Source: Octopus sinensis (lineage: Eukaryota). From it: a stretch of 64,000 nucleotides of DNA. The notes beneath the pieces were generated by a model. The model did no database searches and was not told the DNA's origin. It saw only the letters and a program-made list of their open reading frames with translations. Positions 63,224 through 64,000 of this stretch are shown piece after piece. How positions within the stretch are numbered: the stretch's first letter is position 1; each line of letters starts with the position of its first letter. Both the position numbers and the translations under genes were made by a program. The stretch lies in contig NC_043002.1 of NCBI RefSeq assembly GCF_006345805.1, forward strand, positions 5,332,001 to 5,396,000, in the 5' to 3' direction.

Positions 63224-64000
63224 TAGCCAGCCAGCCAACTGTTTGAATTGAAGCGACACATTTACAGAATCATTAGAACAAAGAACAAAAGGCGGCAAGC
63301 TGGCAGAAACGTTAGCACACCGGGCGAAATGCTTTGTGGTATTTTGTCTGCCGTTACGTTCTGAGTTCAAATTCTGCTGAGGTCGACTTGCCTTTCATCC
63401 TTTCGGGGTCAATTAAATAAGTACCTATTTCTTTACTGCCCACAAGAGGCTACACACAGAGGGAACAAACAAGGACAGACAAACGGATTAAGTTGATTAC
63501 ATCGACCCCAGTGCGTAACTGGTACTTAATTTATCGACCCCGAAAGGATGAAAGGCAAAGTCGACCTCGGCGGAATTTGAACTCAGAACATAACTGCAGA
63601 CGAAATACTGCTAAGCATTTCGCCCTTCGTGCTAACGTTTCTGCCAGCTCATGTACCAGTTATGCACTGGGGTCGATATAATCGACTTAATCCATTTGTC
63701 TGTCCTTGTTTGTTCCCTCTATATTTGTGGGCAATAAAGACATAAGAATCATTAGAACAAAGGACCAAATACTTGAGATATATATTCTGGCTTATACCTT
63801 GTGGTATTTGTTCTGACTCACCACACTCAAAGTTCAAATCCTGCTAAAGTCAACTTTGACTCTCATCCTCTCAGGGTCAATAAAATAAAGAGCCCATCCA
63901 GAATGGTGAACTGATGGAATTGTTGAAGTTTTGAACCAGATGATACTTTGTGTTCTGAATTCTTGTGTGGGGTTGATTTAATCCTCCACACCAGTGAACC

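Overview
AT-rich animal genomic DNA, most likely octopus. This is inferred from the tRNA-derived SINE families and the very high (TA)n/(CATA)n microsatellite load, and was not checked against a database. One host gene is supported: a minus-strand, multi-exon type I membrane receptor with tandem C-type lectin domains (macrophage mannose receptor-like). I read 12 phase-compatible exons from 58629 down to 32179; the gene's 5' part lies beyond what I could find in the window. A ~1.34 kb intragenic duplication has doubled a 66-nt symmetric stalk exon. The rest is transposon landscape. It includes a near full-length, frameshifted CR1/L2-group LINE whose ORF1 region appears to carry Myb/SANT-like, coiled-coil and CCCH-finger modules, a second CR1-type LINE nested in a SINE, RTE and Tx1/L1 fragments, several SINE families, and piggyBac-, hAT- and Tc1/mariner-type MITEs. 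The main unannotated signal is about a dozen type I hammerhead-ribozyme motifs from several Penelope-like families. Some have intact cores, several sit in introns of the receptor gene, and many lie in or next to foldback inverted repeats. All folding and translation was done by eye.
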